A stretch of DNA of 64,000 nt from Giardia intestinalis (taxonomy: Eukaryota): the NCBI GenBank assembly GCA_000002435.2, contig CM018792.1; one strand, 5' to 3'. How positions within the stretch are numbered: the first letter of the stretch is position 1; every line of letters starts with the position of its first letter. A model generated the notes under the pieces. The model saw only the letters and a program-made list of their open reading frames with translations. It had not been told where the DNA came from and did no database searches. The translations under genes and the position numbers were made by a program. Shown in pieces: positions 44,626 to 56,111 of this stretch.

Positions 44626-46068
44626 TTAGTCATCCTCCACATCTTTTTCGTCATCGTCCACTGTGAGCTTGTGCTGCTTGCGGGAGGGAACATCCAGACG
44701 TATGTTAAAGACATCCTGGATGGGTGTGGCAAGAGACCAGCCAAATGGCTGTAATATATATGCAGTCGAGTTAGAGCTTCCAACGGCCAAACTGAGGGAG
44801 TCCTCCCCAGTGCACCAAGCAAGAGAGAACACGGAAAACTCAACTGGCTCCACATGCAGCACCGTTAATGAGTCCGCTACATATGCGCACAAGGCTATTC
44901 CAGGAATCTCTGGGCCACCGACTGCAATAAGACCCTTGACTGCGGGATGCACTGAGAGGCCCGTTAACGGCGCCTTGCCAGGAGAGAGGTCGATGGATAC
45001 AGCATATTCTGCTAGGGGGAAAATAGATCCCACAACTGCTGACTGAGGATCTTTTTTAATATCCAACACAAGTAGTTCGCCCATTTCGGTAGTGCAGCAC
45101 AGCAAGTCTTCTGTTAACCAATCTAATTGCTCCGGATCTGCCTTCAGAACGGTAAGGATCTTAGGGGCCGGAGAGGGATCCATCACAGATATCACAGCAA
45201 CCTTCCGATCTCCAATACAGGTAGATGCCAGTAGGCCTGGACAAAATGGATTGAAAAGTACACAGGAAACAGGCCCGCCACTATGTACATTAGAGAATGT
45301 AGCAATGCATTTGGCTGTGTTAAGATCCCAAAGCTTGATTGTCTCGTCTGCAGAGCCTGAGGCAAGTATGTTACGATGCAAAGATGACCATGAAAGCGTG
45401 AGCACATGATCTTTGTGGGAGCCCGGTAGAGGGACCTGCTTAGTTCGTTTGTTCTTTAAGTAATGATTGTACGGTGCTGACTTCTTTGGCTTTAGACCCA
45501 CCTCTTGGAAGCCACCCAATGTAAGCACTGGTGAAATGGTATCAAGAGTGTCTAAATCCCATATTTCAATCTCTGTGGAGCAAGTTGATACTGCACAATA
45601 GTTGCCAGAGGCACCGTTTCCAAGCGGAGAAAAGTCTAGATATACGGTACAAAGGGGGATAGAGGTGATGAGTATATTGTGGTGGAAAAAGAAATCGTCC
45701 GTTTGTCCATTATAAACAAGACAGTCAACAAACCCTAGCTCTGCAGAGCGCGCGCATATAAGCATATTGTCACTATTAACTAGTTGGAATTGGTCTCGCT
45801 GCTCCTCATCGTCATCATCTACGATATTCTCTGGAGCGTGTGCCCCCTCCTGAATAGCAGGGGCTTCCCTCTGAGGTTCTTCAGGGCACCCTTCTGGCTG
45901 CTCTTCATCTGACTGGGAATCGTATTCCTCTGGCTCATCCGGCACCACTCCTGCCTTTAGTTCCTCCATAAGCGCTCGCGCCGCCTTCTCGTCAGCTTCT
46001 GTTGGCTGATACTTAAGTGGATTGTGCAGCAAGCGCCCACGCGGCACCCATGCCATGGAGGAAAACAT
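44626..46068 (-). CDS. PWP1: Periodic tryptophan protein 1 (PWP1)-like WD40 protein
   Basis: N-terminal 'MFSSMAWVPRG' (compare yeast MISATNWVPRG), an acidic stretch, then WD repeats ('LASGSADETIKLWDL...'). The track start at 46209 is TTG. Confidence 0.75.
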   Translation of the reverse strand: MFSSMAWVPRGRLLHNPLKYQPTEADEKAARALMEELKAGVVPDEPEEYDSQSDEEQPEGCPEEPQREAPAIQEGAHAPENIVDDDDEEQRDQFQLVNSDNMLICARSAELGFVDCLVYNGQTDDFFFHHNILITSIPLCTVYLDFSPLGNGASGNYCAVSTCSTEIEIWDLDTLDTISPVLTLGGFQEVGLKPKKSAPYNHYLKNKRTKQVPLPGSHKDHVLTLSWSSLHRNILASGSADETIKLWDLNTAKCIATFSNVHSGGPVSCVLFNPFCPGLLASTCIGDRKVAVISVMDPSPAPKILTVLKADPEQLDWLTEDLLCCTTEMGELLVLDIKKDPQSAVVGSIFPLAEYAVSIDLSPGKAPLTGLSVHPAVKGLIAVGGPEIPGIALCAYVADSLTVLHVEPVEFSVFSLAWCTGEDSLSLAVGSSNSTAYILQPFGWSLATPIQDVFNIRLDVPSRKQHKLTVDDDEKDVEDD

Positions 46069-46090
46069 TTTAATTGTAATCCAGAAGCCG

Positions 46091-47965
46091 ATGGAGCATA
46101 CTTCTATCGATGAGGTACGCGCATCAATGAAAGCGTTCATTGAGTCCGCAGATGGAAGGACACCCTCCAGGGATGATGCCCTTGTCTGGTGTGGTGCCGT
46201 GGGGAGCAACGATTCGACCTCAGATGATGTTACCCTGCTTCTCCAAGTAATACGGAAAATGTACTCCTCTGTAACTGCTTCAGAGCAGACTACTCAACTT
46301 TCTGAACCCTTTCTGCTTGGCTTTCCTCAGGCAGCTGTGTCGATTATTTACGAAAGATTTCCGAAACACGACGCTCTGATGGCAGAGCTTATTACTGTCC
46401 TTAATGTGACAGCCACGTCTGTTGCTTCTCTTACCATATGTTTAACTACATCACTGGAGGCGTTACTCCTAAACTTAGTTCTATCTAATGTTGACTTTAT
46501 TGACACAATTGCAGGAACGGTTGTCATGCTAGATCTTCTCGACTTGCTAGCTAAGCTATCACACGTGGAGACTGCGCGAAAGAGAGTCTTTTCTGACTCA
46601 CGATTTACTCGCTTTATAAACTATGTCTCAGCTTCTATTATTGAGGAGATATCGACAACAAATACATTCGTAGATCTGCTCTTTGAAGAGCAATCCAAAG
46701 ATCCCCAAGACTCCCGTGATTTGGCTGATTTCCAATCTGTGTTTCTGCACAACACAGATGCACAATACAAGCTTCTGACATATCAACGCTTGTGTGGATG
46801 TGCATATGTCGTTTCTCTTTCTTCTGATAAAGTTGCAAATATAATTGCTAGTACACGCATCCCGGCGCTTTCTTTTGAACTGGTGAGCAAGATTATAGAG
46901 ATATCTTCGCTTGGCGTCATGCAAGTCAGCAAAGAATTGGCAGGGCCTTTGCACTCACTGAATAAAACGCTGGCTGGAGCGCTTGCAGTTGTAATTTCAT
47001 TGCTTCGTTCCAAGCACAATCTGAAGGTCATGAGGCACTATGATTTTCTCCCTCTCGTGGTCGAACTATTGAGACTTTATAGCCATGATGAGCACGAGTC
47101 GATCATATCTAATGAAATCTGTTCGTTTTCATGTATGTTGCTATCGTCGCTTTCTGCTTTTTCCAAGCAATTTGCAGAAAGAATGTACCAGATGCATGTT
47201 CTTTCATTACTAGTGGACGTCATTTCAATCTGTGTTATAGATGAACTGGTGGTCGTTTTCCGCTCTGCTATGTCCTCTCTTGTTGATCTTTCCAACACAC
47301 TTCGGGGGACATTTGGATTCTCCAGAATGAAGCCTTTGATCGAGGATCTGCAAGCACATACAGTTCCTCCGTGTACCGATATCACTGATTTAGTTAATAA
47401 GTTAGTAGATTCCTTCAGTCACTACGTTGATGATGATGAATCTGTTCTCTATTTTGCTGAGTTTGTGCAACTATATACCTCCGGATCTGTAGCCTATGAC
47501 TTTGTTCGCCATGCTATGCTTGCAGCCAATGTCTCGCAGCTTCTACTCGATTCTTGTTCATCTGACAAGCTAGTCATTGCGGTAAAAACACGGTGCATGC
47601 ACGCCCTTGCCAAGTTACTCCGCGTAAAGACTCCAAGTGCAGATGAACTCTTGGTGCTGATCCCGAAGGTTCTCTCGTTTACGCCCACTTTCATGAAGAC
47701 ATGCGTTAAAAAGGCGGAGGACCCATATACAGATCTGACCAATGAGCACAGGTCTTCTATTCCCATGCGCAACCTCCCGTATGAGTATCGCAAATGTGTA
47801 TCTGCTTGCAAAGAAGTCCTTGAAGTTCTTGGGCATGCTGAGGGAAGGAATAAGATTAAGTATACAATGTATAGCATGTTATTCACCGGCACCGTCTTCA
47901 TGATCGTCTACGTGATTGTCCTGCTCTTTCCTAACACGTTCAAGCGCCCATATTTTGACCAGTAG
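46091..47965 (+). CDS. Hypothetical protein with a C-terminal transmembrane anchor
   Basis: ORF with a terminal hydrophobic helix 'FTGTVFMIVYVIVLLF'. The ATG at 46055 would overlap the PWP1 start, so 46091 was chosen. Confidence 0.45.
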   Translation: MEHTSIDEVRASMKAFIESADGRTPSRDDALVWCGAVGSNDSTSDDVTLLLQVIRKMYSSVTASEQTTQLSEPFLLGFPQAAVSIIYERFPKHDALMAELITVLNVTATSVASLTICLTTSLEALLLNLVLSNVDFIDTIAGTVVMLDLLDLLAKLSHVETARKRVFSDSRFTRFINYVSASIIEEISTTNTFVDLLFEEQSKDPQDSRDLADFQSVFLHNTDAQYKLLTYQRLCGCAYVVSLSSDKVANIIASTRIPALSFELVSKIIEISSLGVMQVSKELAGPLHSLNKTLAGALAVVISLLRSKHNLKVMRHYDFLPLVVELLRLYSHDEHESIISNEICSFSCMLLSSLSAFSKQFAERMYQMHVLSLLVDVISICVIDELVVVFRSAMSSLVDLSNTLRGTFGFSRMKPLIEDLQAHTVPPCTDITDLVNKLVDSFSHYVDDDESVLYFAEFVQLYTSGSVAYDFVRHAMLAANVSQLLLDSCSSDKLVIAVKTRCMHALAKLLRVKTPSADELLVLIPKVLSFTPTFMKTCVKKAEDPYTDLTNEHRSSIPMRNLPYEYRKCVSACKEVLEVLGHAEGRNKIKYTMYSMLFTGTVFMIVYVIVLLFPNTFKRPYFDQ

Positions 47966-47973
47966 ATGGAACC

Positions 47974-49920
47974 CTACTCGTCCGCCCAATCCGAGAGGAT
48001 ACTACTTTCGCTTTTTTCTACTTTTGCTTTTGGAAAGACAGGCATTTGTGTCACAGAGTCAATAGGTATCTTTCTATCTGAGCATCCAGAAATTTTCAAG
48101 TAATTAAGAATCGAGTATTGATATGCATCAATGTACATTGTACTCAAGCCGATTGTTTCTGCACATATTGGACAATTCCACTTGTCTGTTTCACAAGCAT
48201 AAGTAACAAACGTCTCCAGATCAAAGCAAGCCGGGTGCTTACAGGTGCATCCTCGCACTGGGATCCTGATTCTGGCTCTGCTTATCGGGTCTTCCAAGCT
48301 GACGTATTCTCTTGACATATTTGTGGCTTGTTCTTCTGATACTGTGCCTTTGAGGAACTGCTCCTCTGATAGTCCCTGTGCTTGGCTGATGCCTCTGATT
48401 AACTGAAGCTCTATACTGATGAAGAGTCTGTTTATTTTGGTGAATTCAACCTGTGGATGCCGTTGTTTAACTAAGCTTATGAACTTCTCTGGGGTGTACT
48501 GCTCAGTGGCAATCCGTGAGTAAAACTCTTCAGGATTGTCAACAGTGGCGTAGAGATCGTCAATGTCATTGAATGAGATGTCGTCGAGAGCGCAGCCGTC
48601 AATTAGGCGGAGGTATAAGTAAGCCTTAGTAAATGCAGCAGAGTATTTGATGATGGTGGCGTAGGGGAGACTATTGGTTAGATGCAGTCTGTAGATAGAT
48701 TGATCGCAAAATAGTTTAGAACTATCTCTTGACTTGAACTCGTTGCAAATCCCTTGAGAGCTCAGACCGCGGCGTTTCTCAGCCACGAAGCAGATGGAGT
48801 TTAAATTAAGGGTGTTCTTATTTTGGTGAGTAAAAAAGTGGCAAACCATTGGAATCGTCCTGAGGTTACTGACTCTTATTTCTTCTGTTGCTGCAAGTAG
48901 CATTGGAGGAGTGTCCAGAACCATATTGATGACTCGTGCAATCCAACAGAAAATCGCAGGATGTGTATGTGCATCCCGAATGAGCATCTCCGTCAACGAA
49001 AGGAAAACTGTGTCTGGAGCATTGACAAGCGTCCTACCATCCACTTCGATGGGCTGCTTATACGTATATATGGCCCGTTGTGTTTCGGGAATGAATCCAA
49101 TCTTAATCATCAGGCATTCTATAGGAAGAATGTGCCTTGCAGTATCCAATGTCTTCGCTAAGCAGAAGAATGTCTCGTGATCATCTAGCTGTAGTTCTAT
49201 ACTGCGAGTAAGGGCTTGTTTGAGGAGACGTCGAGCATGTTTGAGATCATATTGATTGAAGTTAACAGAATGCTGTTTGGAAAATATGGAATAGAGTGTT
49301 GGAGATAGAAGCCTCTTTATCAGTTGAGGGCCAACCACGAGGATAAGAGGGGAAGCAGACTTGAGTGGGCTAGAGGATAAAATAGCGCGTACATTTAGGC
49401 ACGGATGAAATAACAATTTAGAGGTTTTAGCTGAATATTTATTGTTTCGTGTTATCAAGTAGAGTATTTGATTATTAAAAGTTTGTGTTTCGTCGTAGAT
49501 ATACTTATAGTATGGACTGACGGTTATAGTTATTGGAAGGCCTATGGCATTCAGGTCTGCCAAAAGCTGCGATAAAATGCTTTGAAACAGCATCAGGCGA
49601 CAAGAGCAGAGCACCAGTTTGTTGGGTAGAGTGTTGTAGAGTATGTGGTACACCTTCAGTGCTTCACTAAACTTCTTCTGCTGATTCCATAGCCTGTGGA
49701 AGCGGTGTGTTGTCAGCAGCTCTATCCAATCTATAAACTGTGGATAGCACTCCTTTGGGATGTCCTCAGGGGCACCTGCAGTAATCACCTTTACATAGTG
49801 TGTGAGGAACTGCTGCCACTTAGTTATGTCTGGGGTTGACTCTGGTGAAGCCCAGATGTTACACCTTATATCCTTGTCAATGGTGTATAGGTCTAATATG
49901 GTATTGAACTTGGCGCTCAT
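47974..49920 (-). CDS. SP-RING/MIZ zinc-finger protein (PIAS/Siz-like SUMO E3-like)
   Basis: C-terminal 'GCTCKHPACFDLETFVTYACETDKWNCPICAETI', which is the SP-RING pattern C-x-H...C-P-x-C. Confidence 0.6.
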   Translation of the reverse strand: MSAKFNTILDLYTIDKDIRCNIWASPESTPDITKWQQFLTHYVKVITAGAPEDIPKECYPQFIDWIELLTTHRFHRLWNQQKKFSEALKVYHILYNTLPNKLVLCSCRLMLFQSILSQLLADLNAIGLPITITVSPYYKYIYDETQTFNNQILYLITRNNKYSAKTSKLLFHPCLNVRAILSSSPLKSASPLILVVGPQLIKRLLSPTLYSIFSKQHSVNFNQYDLKHARRLLKQALTRSIELQLDDHETFFCLAKTLDTARHILPIECLMIKIGFIPETQRAIYTYKQPIEVDGRTLVNAPDTVFLSLTEMLIRDAHTHPAIFCWIARVINMVLDTPPMLLAATEEIRVSNLRTIPMVCHFFTHQNKNTLNLNSICFVAEKRRGLSSQGICNEFKSRDSSKLFCDQSIYRLHLTNSLPYATIIKYSAAFTKAYLYLRLIDGCALDDISFNDIDDLYATVDNPEEFYSRIATEQYTPEKFISLVKQRHPQVEFTKINRLFISIELQLIRGISQAQGLSEEQFLKGTVSEEQATNMSREYVSLEDPISRARIRIPVRGCTCKHPACFDLETFVTYACETDKWNCPICAETIGLSTMYIDAYQYSILNYLKISGCSDRKIPIDSVTQMPVFPKAKVEKSESSILSDWADE

Positions 49921-49955
49921 TTATTTTTACCGACACTGTTTACTGCTGATGACGG

Positions 49956-50612
49956 CTACATAACATTCCTAATCACAACGGGCAAATCAGTGGGAAGGAC
50001 GTCGCAATACTTTGCATCTGCGGTATCGATGAATGCCGCCATATCTAGCAGCTTGAGAGATACTTTCCCAAGGCTAAGCTCTGGGACATTTAAATTAGCA
50101 TTTTTAATAGCAAGATAAAGGAAGTGATAGAACTTTTTGCTTTTTAATGTCAGATTGTTTTTCATGGCACCCATTAAAGCAAGTTCGTATTGCATGATAT
50201 TTTGCGCCGACACTCCCGTATTTGCTACTGCACATGCATCACCGAGATGTAGCATGCTCTCACCATACATCTTACACCCCAGAGCCAAGGAGGCTATCAT
50301 CGGCCCGAGGGTGTAGTAGGTCGTCTCAGAAAATAACTTATACGCCAGCATCCGTTCATAGTACATCAGGGCGGCAATTAGAATAACACGCTCTTCTTTG
50401 CAAGACGCGATCAGGAGACGAAGACGCTTTACAAGGCTGTCATCGGTGAGGAGGTGTGAGCGCTGGTACTTCACCTTCAGAAGGACGTCCAGAATGCAAA
50501 CGAAGAAATTCTGAAACTCCCTTTCTGACATCCTGTCAATGAGCTGAAGAAAATCATAGTGTGAGATGGCATCACTGTGCGCATCGTCATCAAGAAAGGA
50601 GAGGTATGACAT
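49956..50612 (-). CDS. Cyclin-like protein (PHO80/PCL-type cyclin fold), from the first ATG (the track start at 50654 is TTG)
   Basis: Helical cyclin-box-like region 'LIAALMYYERMLAYKL...MIASLALGCKMYGE'. A/T-rich initiator cattttaaaaATG. Confidence 0.4.
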   Translation of the reverse strand: MSYLSFLDDDAHSDAISHYDFLQLIDRMSEREFQNFFVCILDVLLKVKYQRSHLLTDDSLVKRLRLLIASCKEERVILIAALMYYERMLAYKLFSETTYYTLGPMIASLALGCKMYGESMLHLGDACAVANTGVSAQNIMQYELALMGAMKNNLTLKSKKFYHFLYLAIKNANLNVPELSLGKVSLKLLDMAAFIDTADAKYCDVLPTDLPVVIRNVM

Positions 50613-50763
50613 TTTTAAAATGCCGCGCACGATGAGCTTTATAAGCTGAGCCAATCAACAGATGAACCATCTTGATGCATGTAAACATTTTGGCACAATT
50701 TTGCCGCTAGACTGCACGTAAAATCCTCAGCCAAAATTCCCAAAAAGGCCACGACGTAAATTA

Positions 50764-53700
50764 ATGACACATGCGTGCACGTCATGGTCACATGCATTGG
50801 ACCTTGCGGCTCAGAAATTCGACGTAGTGTCCTGGGGTCGTGAGTTGGACAGAGGAAAACCGACGGGCACCTTACGGCTATCCACTTCGTGCCTCAAGGA
50901 CAGACACATAAGAGCAATCATTTATGCCATTGAACTGGGCTATGAGCATATCACTGAGCTATCAGTACATTTCTGTAGTGACTATTCTACAGATAAGGGT
51001 ACAGAGCGGCAGGATCCATTTTCTTCCGAAGGTTGTCACTCAACGTATCTGCAGTGGCTTGGTATGACCACCAGTCTTTCACGCCCTGATTCTGAAAAGA
51101 AATCTGTCTACGACAGGCTCTCTGCAGGCACCAGTCTTTCGAGTCGTGACAACTACCCCAAAGATACAACTAAGGGCGTTGATGAGCGAGCGCTGGACAT
51201 GACAGTTGAGAGCAAGAAGCGGCTGCAAAGCATGGCGACATTGTTTCGGTTGTTAATTAGGTACTGTCCTCTCATGCAGCATCTGAAGCTGATCTCTTTT
51301 TACGGCATTTGCCCAGGGTTTCTGAGCAAGTCAACAATAACTAGTTTATTCAGTGCAATGGCACGGAACTCTGGGATGTATAAACAGCTAGACGGAATAA
51401 TAGTCAGAAACTGTCCTCTGGGCGATGATATGTTGAAATCGGCAATTCTCAACCTTTCTACGGCACTATCTATCAGGCTGCTTGTTTTACACACCTGTGG
51501 CCTGACAGATGAGTTGGCTGGCGTCCTCGGGGCAATACTTACTGCACACAAGAATGCAAGAGATAACAGGTTATGGGAGCTATGTTTAAGGAAATATGGG
51601 CCAACACTAAGGGAATCTGGCAATTCTGCAGTCCGAGAAGGTCACTTTACGTTTGCACAGTTGCAGAAGATCAGATGTATGCACGAGCTAAAAGGATTAA
51701 CATATCTTGACTTAGGGTATAATAGCTTTGGAAATGAACTATGCACAGAGCTTCTAGACAGTTTGAAGGACGACACTTATGTTCATTCTATCAGCCTAGA
51801 TGGAAACAAGGGTGTGAAGCTCTCCACATCTATTATGATACCTACATATGACAATGGAGACTTAGACTATATCTATGATAACCTCATTACCATAGTGAAG
51901 AACAACGAGGACAATTCTGCGGAGAATTTTCATTGTAGTCACGATGCAGAGTTCAAGAACAAGAATTTGCCTATTCGAATGGCAGAGCGCATTTCAGAGA
52001 TAGAGAATGGGGACTCTCGTGCATGTACCGCGCGGTCGAGAGCCGAGCAGATAGTGCTCCAATCTATCTGTCCTGACTACGAGCCCTCCACCAAATCTAA
52101 CGTAATTTCATATCTAGCCTCATATGCACGTAGCACAGACGACCTGAAAACTTTGATGACTCTTAAAGCACACCCTCTTGTGCAATTGCTGTTACAGAAC
52201 ACCACTATACTACACCTGTTACTGGACAGCTCCACAACCCCGACGCTGTTAAGGTTTGTTCATAGTCGTTTATCAGCAAACCGGAAACTGGCGAATAAGC
52301 ATCTACTAGAGAATGCTGATAAAGTTCTAACACATGAGCGGGATCTTGAGGAGGCTGTAGAAGAGCTGCGCGAGCAGGAAAATCTCCAAGGCATGATTAA
52401 AAAGCTCAAACTAGCTGCAGACCCAATCAATTTTCTTGCAGCTGAAAAACCTGTTGCTTTAGAATACGATAATTTAACACCTAGGCGCCGCAGCCGTCGA
52501 GGGAAGTCTATCTCACGGATAATAAACACAAAGCACAAACTTAAAGACCTAGAACAGCTTGATAATGATATTTCAGGACAGACCACCCCACCACTTGACA
52601 AAGATGTGTATCCTCTCTGCTCGTCTCGAGAAAAAGCATCTAACTACACCCAGTCACGTCCGCAAAGTGCTAGTAAAGTACAGCAAGCTAAGACTACACG
52701 GCGCACAGCCAAGCGACCCATTTCCGCTGAAGCACAGGCGACTCAGCGCCTCAAGGAAAATCAAAAAGAGAATATATATTACTCTAACGCATCTTCTGGC
52801 TTTTCTAACTATTCTAAAGGACCACTTCCATTTGATGTTGCAAGGAAGCCTCGTCAGCGTGCGTTATCTGCCGGGAAAAATGCTTGTAAAGAAGACTCAG
52901 ATGATGTGCCTGCATTCAGAAGAAACAAGCCCGATCCATTTGCCAGTAGGCAGACACAGCAACGATCTGTATCACAGGGCAAGGTAGGCAATACCACCAA
53001 GAATGCAATAGCTTTTACACCTGGGAAGGAGACAGGACGTTCCCTGAAAAAGCAAATCAGCGTGGAAAAACTGACCTCAACCAAGCAGAATGTAGCGATT
53101 CCGCGACAGACACGCCCCAATCAACAGCAGACTCATCGTCCAGCCACATCTACACGGTGGGAATCTCCTGTTTTATCCCGACATAACGACCATGCGTCGG
53201 TGAGTAGTGATGATGAGGCAAGGTACAGCGTTATTCACTCTCCGCGGAGACCTATTTCAACAAGCAAAAGTACGTCCCTGGTTCGTCTAAGCCAGGGAAT
53301 TCCATCGACTGAACCTCTGCGCACATCTCCACACACAAAGAAGAAGACTTCTCGACAAGAGCTACCTGTTTATGCCCCGGTTGACGCATCTGCTCTTTCA
53401 GAAATAGAACCCGTACGATCAAGCAATAGCCCGATCAACAAACCGGATAACCACGGGAGTGGTATAGAGCAATCCGATGTTAACGATATTGCCCTTAATC
53501 GCAACACTGAAGGCTCGCGTGATTCGTTTAGTAAGGCACTGCACGATAATATAGACACGATACGACTGGAGCACTACGCTCCCCCCGTTCTCACTGAACC
53601 ATCGTCTGTATATATAACTCAGGAAGACAAAAATAAGTTATATATACGGCTACTACAAGACATGGCGTCTTCTCAACAAGCTAGCAGTGAGTATGATGAT

Positions 53701-54654
53701 ACCAGTGCAGAGCTGCGTGAGCTTTCGGCCAAAGCACAAAGCATAATAAAAAATTCTCGTTTGAGAAAAGAAGATACACCTAGCGTTCCGAAATACAACT
53801 TCTACTCCCACAAGAGGGAGGGTGGTGAGGTCGATGAGCTTCATATAGATGAATTATCAAACACAGCGGCATCCGGACTTTCGCAATCTCGATCTAGACG
53901 ACTAGATTCCGCAGACATTGAACTTAAAGAAATAGACCAGTTATTGACAAAAGCGCAGAGCATGGGTGAAGAACTGGATAGATCATATAAAAGAATTAAT
54001 AGCTTGTACATGGAGACTATGCAAGACGTTTATGGTTCTACTACAAAGAAGGTCAAAGAGAATGGTAGCGCTCATTTAGACCAAGTGGAGCCTAAGCAAG
54101 TGGATATGCAAGTAGTAGACCAACTGCTGGTGAACAATAGCCCGTCTCGTCCGACCCAGTATCAACCTAAGAACCTGGCAGAAAAGCTAGCTCTCAGTAA
54201 AATGTCAGCATCTGGGACATCGAAGTGGTCCGCATATTCAACGGCTACTCTCACCAATGATGAACTCTTAAGGAGTGTAGATAGCATTATCGGGGACCAC
54301 CCCACTTCACACGAATCGCGGTATCAAAACGGCTCATCCGATGTGTCTAGGACGACTGACCTAGATATTAGTAGCATGAAAGAGAGCATTCGAACAAATG
54401 GCACCCCAATACTGGCTGCAAATATTGGCGACGAATCCTTTGAAAGTGTAATCGGGCTTTTGTATACTGTCCTGATGTACTTTACAAGGTCGGATCGCAG
54501 CGAAGCCTTACGCGTTTATAAGCTTAACGAACCTCGAATTCTAGCATATATAGAAGAGATTTTGGTAAAGCTACGATGTAACGAACTTCATCTGAATGAG
54601 GTGTCTGGATGCCTTTACGAATTAGTTGCAACTCTTGTCAAAGACGTTCCCTAG
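50764..54654 (+). CDS. Large protein with N-terminal RNI-type LRRs and a long basic, Ser/Thr-rich disordered C-terminal half
   Basis: LRR-like units ('LSIRLLVLHTCGLTDELAGVLGAIL', 'LTYLDLGYNSFGNELCTELLDSL') and ~800 aa of low-complexity sequence. A/T-rich initiator. Confidence 0.5.
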   Translation: MTHACTSWSHALDLAAQKFDVVSWGRELDRGKPTGTLRLSTSCLKDRHIRAIIYAIELGYEHITELSVHFCSDYSTDKGTERQDPFSSEGCHSTYLQWLGMTTSLSRPDSEKKSVYDRLSAGTSLSSRDNYPKDTTKGVDERALDMTVESKKRLQSMATLFRLLIRYCPLMQHLKLISFYGICPGFLSKSTITSLFSAMARNSGMYKQLDGIIVRNCPLGDDMLKSAILNLSTALSIRLLVLHTCGLTDELAGVLGAILTAHKNARDNRLWELCLRKYGPTLRESGNSAVREGHFTFAQLQKIRCMHELKGLTYLDLGYNSFGNELCTELLDSLKDDTYVHSISLDGNKGVKLSTSIMIPTYDNGDLDYIYDNLITIVKNNEDNSAENFHCSHDAEFKNKNLPIRMAERISEIENGDSRACTARSRAEQIVLQSICPDYEPSTKSNVISYLASYARSTDDLKTLMTLKAHPLVQLLLQNTTILHLLLDSSTTPTLLRFVHSRLSANRKLANKHLLENADKVLTHERDLEEAVEELREQENLQGMIKKLKLAADPINFLAAEKPVALEYDNLTPRRRSRRGKSISRIINTKHKLKDLEQLDNDISGQTTPPLDKDVYPLCSSREKASNYTQSRPQSASKVQQAKTTRRTAKRPISAEAQATQRLKENQKENIYYSNASSGFSNYSKGPLPFDVARKPRQRALSAGKNACKEDSDDVPAFRRNKPDPFASRQTQQRSVSQGKVGNTTKNAIAFTPGKETGRSLKKQISVEKLTSTKQNVAIPRQTRPNQQQTHRPATSTRWESPVLSRHNDHASVSSDDEARYSVIHSPRRPISTSKSTSLVRLSQGIPSTEPLRTSPHTKKKTSRQELPVYAPVDASALSEIEPVRSSNSPINKPDNHGSGIEQSDVNDIALNRNTEGSRDSFSKALHDNIDTIRLEHYAPPVLTEPSSVYITQEDKNKLYIRLLQDMASSQQASSEYDDTSAELRELSAKAQSIIKNSRLRKEDTPSVPKYNFYSHKREGGEVDELHIDELSNTAASGLSQSRSRRLDSADIELKEIDQLLTKAQSMGEELDRSYKRINSLYMETMQDVYGSTTKKVKENGSAHLDQVEPKQVDMQVVDQLLVNNSPSRPTQYQPKNLAEKLALSKMSASGTSKWSAYSTATLTNDELLRSVDSIIGDHPTSHESRYQNGSSDVSRTTDLDISSMKESIRTNGTPILAANIGDESFESVIGLLYTVLMYFTRSDRSEALRVYKLNEPRILAYIEEILVKLRCNELHLNEVSGCLYELVATLVKDVP

Positions 54655-55371
54655 CTCTTGCCAGCATACATTTCACAATGAAAAATGTACACTCTTGGCC
54701 TCTAATTTCAACAATTAGTCTATATAGTTTAAGAGTTCCTTTACTGATAGCTTCTTTAGGGAAACTATTCAAAGCTTTCCGGGATACTAGGTAGAGCGAT
54801 ATCAGGTGTCCCAAGGAGTTAAAGAGTGGATAAATCAGCTAATACGAAGCACCACTTATATCTGACCACCCTATCTCTGATTCTTGATAACCTAGCGCCT
54901 TAACTTCCTCTCAATGGATATGTTCTCAATTCTGTCGACTGGTTGATTCGCCATCATCGGTTATATTTTCTTTGACAAATAAGGACCCTGCTTAAGAGAA
55001 ACACACTCATACTACTGACATAACACAGGAGGCTGTCTGCGACCTGTGCATTGTCCAGCATCGCTCGATGAGTGGTTTGCTCTCTGTGATAAAACGATTG
55101 CTGAGCCAGGGCAACTCAGCGTTTTGGAGTAATTGGAGTAACATTCCTGTACTGCAGATGCAAAGACTGGTGCGAAACAAAAGGGTGACGGTGTCGAAAA
55201 CGCAAATGGTAGGAAGTTTTCTCTCGATTTTGAGCAATATTAACTGCTGTGTATAAGAAGGAAGATGTATGATTTAGCATTGCAGATTGCAGGAAGCAAC
55301 TCAGTCGGGTAGTATTTAATTCTTGAGATAGAGCAGACTTGTAAACCAGGACTTTGTTCAAGCAAAGCCTC

Positions 55372-56111
55372 ATGAGGATCCTCATCTTTCTTCTCTGTAA
55401 GGTACTTTCTTAGAGTGCGCCATCGAGGAGGACGTCCCGATCGACGGGGTGTGCGTGCCGGCTGGGAGTGCTGCAGGAAACACGTGCGACAAGGGCGTCT
55501 GCACGACATGTGGCAATGGCTACTTCTTCCACTACGGGTCGTGCTACAAGTTCGGAGGGTCCCCGGGCGCCAGCATTTGCTCTGACACTACTGATACTAT
55601 TGGCTCTGTCTGTGGCTCTTGCGGATCGAAGTTCCTCAAGAACCTCAGTGCGAGCTCGTCTGCCACCTCCTGCCTCGCGTGCTACGGGCTGGACGGGACC
55701 CTCTTCTGCGAGCGCTGCCGGATGAACGTGCTCACGGACGCAGACGTGAAGCCCACCCTCTGCACACAGTGCAAAATAGGCTACGTGCCCGTGGATGGTC
55801 GTTGTGTGTCGACTTATTCCGCCTCAGCTGCACTCGCTGGATACTCAGATGTCAGCACAAGAGGGTTTCGCGAGCCAATATTGGTGGGCTCTGCTGGGAC
55901 ACTTGCAGCACCCTCACATGGATCCCTTTGTGTGTGTCTTCCACGACTATCCAGCTTGGGGATCAATGCAGTCTCTTATAGTTCTATAAACCCTTTCATT
56001 ACAGACTTTACTCGCATAACAATCTATGTATTATTACCAAGATTTACTGATAAAAGCACGGCTATTCATTGGCCTTTTCCTACTCACTGCGCTAATGCGG
56101 CCTGCTGCTAG
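55372..56111 (+). pseudogene. VSP/HCMP-like cysteine-rich gene relic: signal peptide 'MRILIFLLCK', then a frameshift at ~55400, then a degenerated 3' part
   Basis: ATG at 55372. The Cys-rich frame from 55401 ('ECAIEEDVPIDGVCVPAGSAAGNTCDKGVCTTCGNGYFFHYGSCY...CERC...CTQC') is -1 relative to the signal-peptide frame. No TM helix or CRGK tail. Confidence 0.5.

Noticed and set aside
55397-55413. 'GTAAGGTACTTTCTTAG' between the HCMP relic's signal peptide and its Cys-rich frame, as a possible intron
   Set aside because: It is only 17 nt, it lacks the Giardia GTATGTT and CT(A/G)ACACACAG motifs, and removing it does not restore the frame. A frameshift is the simpler explanation.
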